NCBI GenBank assembly: GCA_051294375.1
Contig: CM119263.1
Coordinates: 8,622,908-8,686,907, forward strand
Origin: Paraspadella gotoi
Lineage: Eukaryota; Animalia; Chaetognatha
Direction: 5' to 3'
DNA: 64,000 nucleotides
Position numbers and translations under genes: made by a program. The notes below the pieces were generated by a model. That model did not search any database and had not been told where the DNA came from. It was given only the letters and a program-made list of their open reading frames with translations. Below are positions 13,717 through 27,073 of the stretch, in pieces. How positions within the stretch are numbered: position 1 is the first letter of the stretch; every line of letters begins with the position of its first letter.

Positions 13717-15741
13717 ATGAGGGAATTTATGCGTTTTTTGCTTCGTCGTTCGTCTTGTCGTCGTCGTCGTCGTCTTCGCCGATGCGAAGATACGTCACGA
13801 TTGCAACTGATTCAAGGAGATCAATACATCATTCTGGCTTTTTCCTAAATCGGATCAAATCCTGGAAGGTGAGTTAGTCTCTGTATCTCAAGAGACAAAC
13901 TTGCAATAATGGAGAATTTTATTTTTCGATTTTTAAATTTTCCTCCCAATATTAACAAATAATTCAAAAATGAAAAGAACCTAATACATACAATTACATA
14001 TCGTTCTCACCAAATCTCTCATCATAAAATTAAAAAAAAAAAAGAACATTCAAAAATAATATTTCCTCAAGCTCAGCGTAGCTCTTTAGTGTAACTCTTT
14101 TCCTCCTCATCACCTCCCACGAAACCACTTCCGTCTCCACCGCCTCCGCCACCCAACACCCGCCCATCTCCGATCACCACCTCCTCCACCTCGACGTCCA
14201 CACGCTGATGACGAACTCCCTCTTCTCCGGCGTCACCGGCGGTCCTGGATAAGGGCGAGGAGTTCGTGGTGGCTGCCGACCGGCTTCCCGTCCGACCGTA
14301 GACTCCAAGCGATCTGCGCCAGTTTACAAGGGACGGCGACGTGCACCTCCATTTCCGTCCCGGGAAGAAGCCGGTTCATCCGGGGAACGGGAATGTTATT
14401 CATTTATTTTTAATTTTTTTAACCGCCTAATTTTAACTTTTTAAAATCTTATTCTATTATCTTTATTTATTTATTTGTTTTTTTTTTACTACTTCGTGTT
14501 ATTTTATTTATTATAATATCTTTATTTATCAATTTTCTTTTTGAACGATTAAGAAGGTTTTTAACGTTTTAAAATATTTTTCTTTTATTTCATGCTACGA
14601 CTTTGATAAAACGGAAGGTTAAAAGTAAGTTATTAACATTTAAGTGGAAAACTAAAGCGTGAGAAATAGCAGCTTCAGCTTTAACGCTGGGACTTCCAAT
14701 CAGTTGGGGTATTAGTACTTTCAGCCCCGTAGGTAGCAGGTGTATGGCGATTTTAAATGATATTTAATCATACTTTTATGATACTAAAATACTAAACTAA
14801 GTGAAAAAAATATTATAACCATTCAACCATGAGACAATTTAAATACGTACTTAAAAACAGTATCTTAACAAACTGAATCACAAATCCAGAGAATGACGAT
14901 CTCTTCTTCTTCTGCTTCCGATTCCAAATCTACGTGACTCGTTTCCGCTCTGACAAAACCCGGATCCGCCACAATCATCCGTCGCCTTCGATTTCTACAT
15001 CGCCAGCGGATGGCCCACCGTCAAGAGGCAGACCAACTTCGAGAAGGTCTTCAGGCGTCGAAGGCACCAAGTTCGATCAGGTCGGAGGCGTCGAACATCG
15101 TCGTTCGTTTTTTGTTTGGGTTATCGTCGTTGTGGTCAATGGGTCATTCCAGTATTTTAAAATTGAAATGATTGAAACTTTAAAATTATATTTACTACGA
15201 ATAAAAAAAAATTAAATCGCTATTTTCATATTACTACAATATGGAAAGAGTATTATGCCTGCGATTCCCATTGGGATGGGCAATTGGGCGTTGGGACTAC
15301 CGTCCCTGTCACTGGCACGTTACCCGAGAACGGTCTCGTTTTGCCTGCAAAGAGGGAAGTCATTAGGAGTGTGGACTGTTGGAGTGTGGGTGGAACGTAA
15401 CGCTTGGGATGGTGGGTTCCACCCCTCTGAGCCAACGGGATTGGCGATGTGAGGCGGTGTGAATATTCCGCCACAGAGTCACATTTTTCAATTTAAACCC
15501 CAGAAACAATCCCCATGCATCTCTCGATCTATCTGTCTATTCATCTATCTATCCATTTACGATGCTGACCCCAGTGATCCTCCTTTTCAGCCTGATGGGA
15601 AGACCATCATCTTCTCGATTCCCGGATACGGCGACTAAAACCTCCAGATGCGTTGGCCTGCGATGCCTCCATTCGCCCACAAACGAATGCACCTTCAGGG
15701 ATCTTGAGCTCTGGGAGAACTTGGCGCTCCTCAACGGGTGA
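13717..15741 (+). pseudogene. Frameshifted second copy of the 4958-6978 gene (likely low-quality read sequence, not a real paralog)
   Basis: Same exons with multiple single-base indels. Confidence 0.55.
15255..15474 (+). mobile_element. Structured repeat copy A' (inside the duplication)
   Basis: Duplicate of 6494-6713. Confidence 0.65.
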
Positions 15742-16449
15742 GGACTCGTCTCGTTCTCCCATGGTGGAGGAATAAAAAGCCATACGAGAATCCTTATGTT
15801 AGTAAAAGACAAAAGGCGGTTTGAATTCTTATTCTTAAATTTTATCAGAATTGATTAAAATTTCTTATATTAAATAAGAAAAATCTCTTAGTTCAAGTTG
15901 ATCTATAAAATTATTTCGTCACGATTTTCTTGATTAAATCGATTTCTTCGTTTCAATCTCTGAAATTTTTTTTATCGTAGCTGAAAATCGGAATTAAAAA
16001 ACGTTAGTCGTTCAGTCCTCAAAATTGCAATTTCCATTTTTGATATTCGCATTTGGCAGAAAAAAATTAGGTCACTACCGCCGTAAAATTATGTAGCAGA
16101 TGGGACCAAATTTTATCAAAATTTTGGACAAAAGGGGAAAACTATTTTCTTTTGGACGATTTTTCGGTGTTATCATTACAACATTATTCGAAGTGATAAT
16201 ATAATGAATTAATAAATTTTATTATTTTTTGATTTATGTTTTGATTAGAGTTACAAAATTCACTTTCTTCTTCTCTTTAGTTCGGTTCCCTTTCCTTGAG
16301 CCTGTTTTTTTCTGATATTAGGATTTCGTAAAAAGTATGTCATGGGGCAGATTAGGAAAAATTTTGATTAGAGAGAGAGAAAAATAAAAGAGAGAGAGAG
16401 AGAGAGAGAAAGCAATAGAGAAAGAGAGGAGAGGAGAGAGAAGAGAAGA

Positions 16450-16537
<88 letters not shown>

Positions 16538-17822
16538 CGAGAGAGAGAGAGAGAGAGTGTGCTGGAATTTAACCTAGTTGGCAGCGACTGATCATTGTGA
16601 AAATTGTTTTTTGACATTTGCAAATAAAAAGAAGATTATATATAAAAAAAAAAAGTAAACGAAAAAAAGAAGATTTAATTCAATGAATATAAATGAGGAA
16701 AAAAAATCCTTGAGTGGGGGCGAAAATACCATTTGTGTTAAAAAGGAGGAAAAAAGGCGGAGATGAAACGGAGAGAGAGAGACGACGAGAGAGAGAGAGA
16801 GAGAGTAGAGAGAGAGTAGAGCGAGAGACTGAGAGAGAGAGAGAGAGAGAGAGAGAAATGAAAAAAAAAATCCATAGTCAAACAGAAAATATCTGTTAGA
16901 AAAACGGAAACTTTTATTTGTTAAGAGAAAACTTTTTATTTCAAGAAACACGAAAAATGTTATGTTGGTGTGAAACACGAAATAAAATAAAGGTTTTTTT
17001 TTTTCGTGTGGGACGAGGGGGGGGGCAGTTTGCTTAATTTACTTTCAAAAACGCAAACAACTTTAATCTTCAGTCTGGGTGACACAGTGACGTTTATTTT
17101 TATAAAAATCTGAAGATAATATATATTAACATTGAAACGCTGTCCTTCTTCGAGAGCACTAGTTAGCTATTATCATAGTGATTGTGAAATTTTAAGTGTC
17201 TTTTAGTCAGCGAGTGACGAGAGAGAGAGAGAAAGTGAGATTGAGAGCGTGAGACTCGATTCGATCGGTTCGTAATCATTTCGTTCTTCCAACCGCGAAA
17301 TTCCACGAATCTACGCTAAAACGGAAGGCGACAAATAAAAGAAGAAAAAAGAAAATAAAATCGTAGCTAATGTAGGGAAAGTGGACATGAAAATCCACAT
17401 CAAAAATATTTTCGATTTAAGTGTGAGCGTTGGAAAAGCCTGAATAAGTGCATTGATTTTCCTGCGTTTGTTCCCGAACTTTATAAAAAAAAAATAAACT
17501 TTTATATATCTTGGAGTTTGTGTGTGCTTTTTTACCATTTTCTTCGTTTCCCTTTATTTCTCTTTTTTTCTTCATCTTCCCTTTTTCACCATCCCTCTTT
17601 TTTTTTTTTTTAAATTTATCTACACGTCCCCTTATTTTTTTCTTTTAATTTCTCTTTTCCTATCTCTCCACTTCCTCTTTCCCTCTCCCTTCCTCTCAAT
17701 CTTATTTCCTCTTCCCTCTTCTTCCATTTCTCCTCCGTCTTATTCCATTTTCTAATAATCTTCTTTTCTTCCTTTCCTCTCCTCTTCCCTCTTTCTCCCT
17801 CCTTCCTCCTCTCCTCCTCACT

Positions 17823-17907
<85 letters not shown>

Positions 17908-18705
17908 TCTCTCATAATCGATCGCCTCCCCCACAATCGACGTCAGGCAAATCCGCAATCAGCGTTCGTCGTCGTCGTCATTCATTATCAGCCTTGTAGC
18001 CGGCGATGTGTTCGACGTCGTCCTCATAGTCGTCGACGTCGTCGTCGTCGTTTTCGCCGTCCCCGTTGGCGTCATTTTTTTCCTTCTACGTCACAATCGT
18101 CGCGACGAAATCTCGTAACGAAAAACGGGCTCCGAGTTCCGTCAGTCAAGTGGCTTAAAATAGCTTTTTCGTCCTCTTTACCCGAATCAATGGACGCGGA
18201 ATGCCTGATATGGCTGAAATTTCGAAGGTCGACTGGCTCTTCGGAGTTTGAAAAAAGAATAAAAGCAAATTGAGTCAGAATGGAATGGCGACGGGGAGCG
18301 AGAGACGGGGAGGTGGGGACGGTGGGGTGACTGGAGGTGAGAGCAGAGAGAGAGAGAGAGAGGAGAAGAGAGAGAGACGAGATGATGAGAGAGAAGAGAG
18401 AGAGAGAGAGACAGAGAAGAGAGAGAGAAGAGAGTGCGTCTTTTTTGGAGTTAACTTTAAAAATATATAATTTTAGAATATTACTACAGGACGATTTCTC
18501 TTTTAAAATCTCGACGCGGTAGATAAACGTACATTTGATGAACAATTTCCCAAGATCAGCGTAATTAGCTTATAACATATACAGTTATATTTATTAAATT
18601 TTCCATGTCTTTCAGACCTTGGAACCTCTTTCAGTTTCAGCAATGTCAGTCAACTTGGATGGCGGAAGTTTCTTTCTCTTCCGCCCCCTCACACACACTT
18701 TCTCT

Positions 18706-18752
<47 letters not shown>

Positions 18753-19064
18753 CTTTATTTTTTTTCACAAGTTTGTTTTCCAACAGCCATCTAAGGCAAA
18801 CCAATGTTCCACTACTAGTCGTTAAAACCACAACAACAACTACAACACTTAGCCGCAACTGAGTCACCAGAGAATCAAACTGATGATTTGGAGAACAATG
18901 AATTTAAAGGAGGAGGAGGAGGAAGAGGAGGAGAAGGAAGATGGAGACAAAGTGAAAGTCGCCATTAAATTCTCCGATTCGAAGGGAAGACGAGAGAAAA
19001 GTGGGGGGGAGGCAGGATGGAGGGGAGGTCGACTCGGGGAAATGGAATGAGAAAAGGAGGGAGA

Positions 19065-19345
19065 AGTAGAAGAAAAGGAAAAGAAAAGAAGGGAGAAAAA
19101 GGAAAACCGGTCATGGGGTTAAGGAAATGAAGAAGAAAAGGAAAGGAAAAGGAAAGAAGGGAGAAAAAGGAAAACCGGTCATGGGATTAAGGATATGAAG
19201 AAGAAAAGGAAAAGGAAAAGGAAAGAAGGGAGAAAAAGGAAAACCGGTCATGGGATTAAGGATATGAAGAAGAAAAGGAAAAGGAAAAGGAAAGAAGGGA
19301 GAAAAAGGAAAACCGGTCGGGAAAAGGAAAACCGGTCGGGAAGGA
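19065..19345 (+). repeat. Purine-rich minisatellite, ~69-bp unit, ~4 copies
   Basis: Repeats of gaagaagaaaaggaaaaggaaaaggaaagaagggagaaaaaggaaaaccggtcatgggattaaggatat. Confidence 0.85.
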
Positions 19346-19554
19346 AAGTGGTAAAGATCTACAAGTCCTTAACAAACAAGACGATTAGGAAGAATAGAAA
19401 AGAATAATCGTCAAGCGGCGCCATCTTTTGAATGACATCAGCAAGTTACGATGTTGACGCTTCAATCGCGGGTTCGGATGAAAATATCAGCTGTTTGTGA
19501 GTTGATTAAAAAAAGCAACTTACTGTTTTTTTTTTGTCAAAAAGAAGGGATTTT

Positions 19555-19680
19555 CCCATTAAATGTTAATGTTAATGTACAGAAGACAGATTTGGTCCTT
19601 ATAAAATGGACAGTTGGCGGGGGGTCGAACCATTAACCCCCTAATTTTTAGTCCGACGTTGTAACCATTGCGCTTGACAA
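19555..19680 (-). mobile_element. tRNA-derived SINE-like element
   Basis: Minus strand reads agcgcaatggttacaacgtcggactaaaaattagggggttaatggttcgaccccccgcc (A-box- and B-box-like), then a short body and a (TAACAT)n tail. Confidence 0.5.
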
Positions 19681-19848
19681 TAGTCTCGCCTTGAAGTCGG
19701 TATATTCGTCGTCGTCGTCGTCGGCGTCGTTGTCGGCGTCGTTGTCGGCGTTGATGTTAGCAAACACGGAGGTCGGTCTGACCATCCGGTCAAATGGCTG
19801 GCGCGTCTGAAATGGAGAGGAAGAGAGAGAGAGAGAGAGAGAAGAGAG

Positions 19849-19897
<49 letters not shown>

Positions 19898-21123
19898 AGA
19901 GCAGAGAGAGAGAGAGAGAAGACAGAGAGGGAGTCGAGGCGAGTGGTAAAACCGAGTTAGCGAAGGAGAGGGAAGGAGGGGGAGAGAAAGACAGGAGGGA
20001 GAGAGAGCGAAATGTACGCCGGTCAGAAATGGGGCAAAAGTCAAGTAAGGGAGAAAAGGAGCAAAGCAATTAAAGAAAAAAAAAAGGAGAAAAGAAAGGA
20101 GTAAACAAACAAAGGAATAAATAAGAAAAGAAAAAAATAAAGAGAAGGAATGAATTAAAGAAAAGAAAGGAATGGCGGGAGAGAGTCGGGAGTTAAGTGA
20201 AACATCTTACAAATGCCAACGAAAAACATATAGTACTTTTCCTCGTCGTAGAATCCCATTGGCCGCTTATCGTTTTGGTTTATGTATGCATTAATTTATT
20301 AACTTATAAAATTATTCAATCAACAAAAACATTACTTTTAAATTTGATATGTGAATTCTGCTCAATCCCCAATCTTTTGTTTCACATTTTTATCCATTTC
20401 TATAGGAGAAACTAATCCTGCCATCTCTCGAGTCCGCATTAACAGTAATTGTAAACAAAAAAGCAACGAAGGATTGATTATAAATAGCCATTCGGTTGGC
20501 GGAGAATGCTTTTTAATTACCCCTATAAAAGGTTGGGAAATAATAATGGAACGTAACTAAACAAATATCGCATAAAAACATTTAAAATTATATACCTGAG
20601 GCAGAAAAGGGAGAGAGAAAGAGAGTGAGAGAGAGACGGAGAGAGAGAGAGAGAGAAAGAGAGAAATTGGACATTATTATCTTGCTAAACATTAACATTA
20701 ACATTGTCTTTGCTTCAGCTTGATGACAAAGAAATATGAGCAATAAACATTGTATAAAATTATGCATTGAGAAGATTAATTTCTAAATATATTGCGAAAA
20801 AGGTGAGGTAAAATAATTTCAAATTGGCGTGCGGAAAAATCCCAACGTAATATTTTAGAAAGGAACGCCACATTTTTATTGTTGCTCAGCGTTTTTTTCT
20901 GTAGACTGTAATGTTTTTGTTTTTTTTTTATTTTTGTCCCCAGTTTTTCCGTTTAAAGGACAATTTTTTCATTTATTTCTGACAGACGCAAATATTCAAA
21001 AAAGAAACAGAAACTCATATTTCATTTTCAGTTAATTCTCATGATATTACATAAACACGCCAACTTTAAATAGGTACATAACGCTGAACATTTTTTAAGT
21101 GAGTCCCTAACACTTTGTTTACT

Positions 21124-21194
<71 letters not shown>

Positions 21195-21373
21195 CTCTCT
21201 CTTTTTTTCTCTTTTTTTCATCGTGTTGATCCAAAGGTTGTCACCAAATTTATTGATTTTTGCGAATGTTGATAAAAAGAAGAGGATTTTTCTGCTATTT
21301 CAGCTTTTTTGGGATTTATCAATTTCCCCCTTCATCCTCTCTCACTCACTCTCTCTCTCTGTCTCAGTCTTTT

Positions 21374-21465
<92 letters not shown>

Positions 21466-21712
21466 GCCCTTGTCGCTCTCAACGTTTTGTCGTCATAACT
21501 TCCTCCCATTTGGCGTAACATGGTTTTTAATATCCATGTAAAAAAAAAAATACCTACAATTATTTATTTATAAACTTTTTCAGGTCCTTTCAGTACCTAA
21601 ACATATCTGGAGATTTTTCTAGTATTTTACATTAAAAAAGTTAAAAATGACATGGAAATAAACAAATACTTACTCGTCCTGAATATAAAAACATCAAATA
21701 TCTCATAGCGTC

Positions 21713-24509
21713 ATGCCGGACTCGGAATCTCTTAACAACTCAACTACTCGTACCACTTTCGCTTCGTCTTCAGTCGCAACCACTTCATCTGCAGATCCAT
21801 TTTTTGATGCAGCGAACGAGACTGACTGCGGATGGATCGAAGATTTTCCCGCGCGAATCTCGACCATCATCGTTGTCGTTGTGATTGCAATCGTTACGGT
21901 GTCCGGTAAACAATGTCAAAAATCAATTTCTAAATGTTTTAAATTCCGTTACGTCGCAACTAACTCGTAGCAAATCCGTCTCACCTGCTCGATTAAAACT
22001 CCCGCTCCGATTTCCCCAACAGGAAATCTGCTGACGATGACCGCCATCTTCAGGACAAAGTCTCTGCGAGAAAATCCCTCCAACGACTTCGTGGCAAATC
22101 TTGCCCTATGTGACATCACCATGGGAGTTTTGGTCATGGTGCCAACGGGCGCCACCATCGAGTACCAAAAGTGGATATTCGGGGAAGGTCCGATGTTATT
22201 GTTGTTTTTTTAAAAATAATTTTATTAATTGAGATTATTGTTAATTGTACAAACAAGCTCCTTGTAAACAAAAAAATTGTGAATTGGAAAAATTTGATTA
22301 GAAAATTAGCAAATTAATCACCACTATACATTTATTACTGTTAACAGTCACCTGCAAAATTCAGTGCGTTTTGAATTACCTTTGCATCGTGGTCAGCATG
22401 CTTACAATGTGTCTCATCGCTGTGGACAGACTGATTGCCATTGAGTATTGCATGTACTACAAATCGCTTCTGAAGAGAAGGAATGTCAGGATTTCCATCT
22501 GTGTCGCTCATTTGCAAGGTAACTAAAATTCACAGAACCGTTAGGAAAATGGTGAGGAAGATCTTATTTTCATAGGTAGACGAGGAGTAAAATAAGTATT
22601 TTTACTCGAATGCAACAAGGTTGATTCAGTACAGAAAACAAATAAAACATACATACATAAGTGTGCAAAATGCGTTTAAAATAAGGGAGAGAAAGAAAAA
22701 ATAATAATGATAATAAAGTAGTAACATTGTTACTAACAGTAAACAATATTTAAATTGTTTTTATGTCTTAAAAAAGGGAATCAAGCCCTTAAGAATGGAA
22801 TTTTTCCTGACCTTTTTTTGGGAGCGTCGCAGTATGGAAAGACATCTTCTTCTTAGTCATAAGATCATAAGTCCTCCCGCATTTTTTTTAATTGCCAGGA
22901 ATCATCATAACCAACATACCATTCTTTTAGTTAAGGCTGACTACCGCTTTACTTAACCCTGCCAGGCATCGTTATGCCCACCGTCCTAATCTAAAGTAAC
23001 AAGTTGACGACCAAGCTTTACCGCCTTACTTTCCCCCGCCAGGCGTCGTTATCGCAGCCATCCCAGTCTTCATGGGCTGGATCTCGTTCGACTGCGCCGA
23101 GGCGGTCTGCGCTGTCGACTGGGCCATCGCCGACGCCTTTTATTACGTCATCGCCGCCAACCTCACGTGTTTCATGATTCCGGGCGGCGTCATTCTTTTC
23201 GCTTACGTCAAAATCACCAGGTTGGCGTTGTACGTATTTTAGAAAGCTCATTGTACGTAAATAGAATGAAATAATTTATCAAACGTTAATCAAACCAAGC
23301 TTCCTTGATTGGGCTTTGATTACAATTATTAGTATGATTATAATTATTTATGTGGTAACTTTATTTTTATTATACATAGCTCAATCCAGGAATGAATAAA
23401 ATTTGGTTTTGCTAAAGTTTTTTAGTTGATATAGTGATTATAGTTTATAGACTGATATTATTCTCATTACCAAAAACCCCGCATTTCTACACTAATTTTA
23501 AGATTAAACTGAAATGGTTCTAAGACGAAGTTGATCAGAAAAATCCTCACAATATTTTTCAACTTCAGGACCCTTGCCACGCAAGACCGACTTCGCCAAC
23601 TCATGAGAGGGTCAGCTTTTGCCGTCGCCACCAACGACCGCAGGGAGAACGCTACCAAGAAGACTGTCAGGTAACTTGACAATTAACCAGCGACTTTTGT
23701 TCAAGCATTCTTGTTTTCACAATCGTAATGACCTTTTTTGACCACAGATCATTGGCCATTGTCGTCGTACTTTTCTTCCTTTGTATGACTCCGTTTTGTG
23801 TGACGAAATTGATAAAGGTACTATGGAAAGGGCGTGGATCGCCTGTGATACCTAGAAAGCGGAGTATATTCACCAACTGGCATAGGGATTGCGGACCCAT
23901 GTATCCAGCTTCAATGTTTTTCAATTTCTCTTTCTCATTTTCCCCAGGTCTTTGCAGGCGCCTCTTCGGTTCCATCAGGCGCGAATCTCGTGGCGACGAT
24001 TTTCCAATTTTTCGCTTCGGCAGTGAACCCCTTTATCTACGGGATTTTCCGTCCCGACTACAGGGTGGCCATGATCAAGATGATGAATAAAATCAAGAAC
24101 AAACTCGGAAAGGTTATATTGATTTCGAGTTATCAATGCTTTGGCGCGACAAAGGAATTATCACGGGAGAATCAGTTACCGGATTGCAGAGAGTCGTATT
24201 TTTGATTGGTCTGAATCAGTAAATATTTGCGTATAACAATCAGGAAGATGGATTTGTCTCTATAGCCACAATCAACAAACATTATCACATTTTTTTTTCC
24301 GTCCATTGTTTCGAATTTTTCAAGTTGCGAGCTTGTTTTTAACATTTAAACGAAATAAATTAATAATAGACACAACATGACAGAACCCATACGATCTACG
24401 TTTTACGAAGCGAATTCCGGACGTCACAAATGAATCGACTCTCACCGAAGATAGACTTGATATTTTGCCGTCAGCTCAGCCTCATCAGCTGCATCAGCAG
24501 CCGCCTTAG
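21713..24509 (+). CDS. Rhodopsin-family (class A) GPCR, orphan/GPR161-like
   Basis: 8 exons (~21713-21905, 22023-22187, 22348-22518, 23043-23220, 23569-23670, 23749-23817, 23948-24112, 24384-24509) in consistent phases. Motifs: GN (TM1), NLALCD (TM2), WIFGEVTC, DRL, GWISFD..C.VDW, CFMIP..VILFAY, CMTPF, NPFIYG.FRPDYR. Confidence 0.92.
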
Positions 24510-25112
24510 GAGCGCCTCAGCAGCCGCCGCCTCCCTTTCTCGAAAAAGATCTCAGCTGCCCGAGTCTATAGACTGAGGTTCATGAGGAACTGCCTCAGAA
24601 ACGCCAAACATAGAAATTAGTTTTTATAGTAATTAAACCGTTTTGATTTACTGTGCTGTTCGTATTTAATTATATTCATAGAGACGTAAAAATTTCTTGT
24701 ACGTCAAACGTCAAACTCTATTCTAGATGAAAATGTCAAGCACAAAAGTATATTTGAATAATATCCATTGAATGTTTTTTTTGTTTGTTTTTTTTTTATG
24801 GAAAAATAAACAATATTCAAGCCATGTTGTGAATCGCCCCCCTGAAGCTTGAGAGAGAAAAATAAATAAAGGTGGAAAAATTAGAAGGAAAGACAACAAA
24901 AAAGGAAAGAGGAAGAAAAGGGAGAAAAGCAAAAGATAAAAAATAAAGATGAAAGAAGAAAAATAAGAAAAGAAAAAAAATTCTGAAAATATACCTAGCA
25001 TACAATACAATCGATTCTTATTTTGTATTTATAATTTAAACTCAATGTACGATACACGGTCGTGATAAAAGATTTACATTTCAGAGAATCGTAGTTTAAT
25101 TTTTTCTTTTCC

Positions 25113-25300
25113 TCCGCCGCCACCGCCGCCACCGCCGCCACCGCCGCCACCGCCGCCACCGCCGCCTCCGGCGCCACCTCCGGCTCCGTTTTCACCGCTA
25201 AAATCACCGGCGCGGTCCGGCGCCCCCAACGTTCTCATTTCGTTATCTGTTGTCGTCTTCATCCTCATCTTCTTATAAGTCAACGAAAACTTCGTTGTCA

Positions 25301-25340
<40 letters not shown>
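25113..25340. repeat. (GCCACCGCC)n and (TCG)n simple repeats
   Basis: Directly visible. Confidence 0.85.
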
Positions 25341-25341
<1 letters not shown>

Positions 25342-26529
25342 TCCCTTCTTCCTCATCTCATCGTCTTCGAGTAGGGTTTAAAAGGAGTGAGGCTCGCGCC
25401 GACGTCTCACAACTTCTCGGTCTCTTCACCAGTAAAAGTTATTCGTAGTTGTTTAATTTGTTAAATTAGCTAAATTCATTTTCACAATCAAAGGAAAAAG
25501 TTTTCAGATGTTTTTAGCGGAAGAAAGGTGAGTAAGAAAAAAAAAACCTTTTTGAATTGGTTAACGAAAAGTTGGCAGAACTTAACGTTACATCTTTATC
25601 TTATCTTATCTTATCTTATCTTATCCTTATCTTCACGCTCTTTTTGTCGACTTTTACTTTTTACGAATCTGTGAATGCAAAGTTAAATAACTACTAACGA
25701 CTTGTCCCGTTTATTTACAGTTTCGGTTGTAATAATGAAATATTTTATCAGCTCATTTAAGATGCCTAGCCCACACACACATATCATCGACTCTGATGTA
25801 CGAGATCTTGTTATTCCATCTATAATGATCATAATCCTTAGATTTTATCTTTCGCACAAACGAGATTTTATCTTCCGTAATCTATTTCATTTTCCTTCAT
25901 CCCTAGATCTCTGATCCTTGTCACACTAATCAGATAATATCCTTTTTATCCTAGCATTCATTTTTTCTTTCATTTTTCTTTTTCAATACCTTTTCTTACT
26001 ACTCACTTTATTTTTATTGCTTATAACCATTTCTTATGAATATCACGACTTTTTGAAAATAAATTTCAAACAAATACGGGGAAAAAAAGTTAATTTCGCG
26101 ATCAAAATGAAATTTCGGTTTTAGGAAATGGTATTTTGACGGCGTACCTAGCAATTTTATTTTAATCCTTAAGGTTAAAAGCAATTTTCCATTTAGTCTT
26201 TTTGCCGCAGTTCTCGTTTTTCTTTCGATATCCACACAACTTTTCCTCTTTCCCAATCTCTTCCGCTCCTGAGTGAGATTAACTGGAAAAAATCGATTTC
26301 TTTGACGCGGAGGTCGACGCGATAAGGAGACGCATCCAGGAGACGACGACAACGACGAAGAAAACGATGACGACGATGACTAAAACAACGACGACGATGA
26401 TCACGACGCCCATAAAAATATATATATAGGGTACTATTTTCTAAGAGCACTTCATTTCTATAACTAATCCCTAATCAACAAAATCAAACCTTCATTTAAA
26501 AAAAAAAAAACTTTATCAAATCCATAAAC

Positions 26530-26690
26530 CTTATTCTAATCTTTATCCCTAATCCATAATTCCCATCATTAATTTCAAACCTTAACCCTTAACCAAAATT
26601 CTCACCAAATCTTTAACCTAATCCCTAACCATAATCTTAACTTAATTTCTAACCTACTCCTTATCCCTAACCCATAACCTAATCTTTAAA
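26530..26690 (+). repeat. Degenerate (CCCTAA)-like hexamer tract
   Basis: ccttaaccctt aacc...atccctaacc...atccctaacccataacctaa. Confidence 0.55.
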
Positions 26691-26845
26691 TTTATATTAA
26701 AAACAACTTTAATTCTGAATTTAAGCTGAAATGGGGCGCTTTCGGAATTTATTCATTGTTAATTATCCTCTATCCATATAATCATTCGTTTTTGTCTCAG
26801 CTTCAGCAAAAAATAACAACAACAACAACAACACCCAGAACAACG

Positions 26846-26997
26846 ATGAAGCTCTTCTTTCTCCTCCTTTTCGTCCTGGCGACGACGACGACAGCAGAAC
26901 GTGCAGAAGCGAGAAGACGAACAGCGGAAAATCGAGCAGCGAAATCGCTTCTCGCGCTTTTGGAGAAGCGGGTTTTGGAACTTGGAAAAAGGCGAGC

Positions 26998-27073
<76 letters not shown>

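Larger units (their letters stand above)
9455..18272. repeat. Copy 2 of ~8.7-kb duplication, indel-rich
   Basis: Co-linear with 740-9429 but differs mostly by scattered 1-bp indels, densest near the gap. Confidence 0.9.

Noticed and set aside
13717-15741. Recent paralog of the secreted lectin-like gene
   Set aside because: The indel pattern and 25-N junction point to a false duplication.
171-21541. Many ORFs rich in ER/RE or LS/SL dipeptides
   Set aside because: They are translations of (GA)n/(CT)n microsatellites, not genes.
23948-24060. Opsin assignment for the GPCR
   Set aside because: No Lys at the K296-equivalent position (QFFASAVNPFIY).
26530-26690. Telomere or chromosome-fusion scar
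   Set aside because: Highly degenerate and short. Such hexamer tracts are common inside animal repeats.
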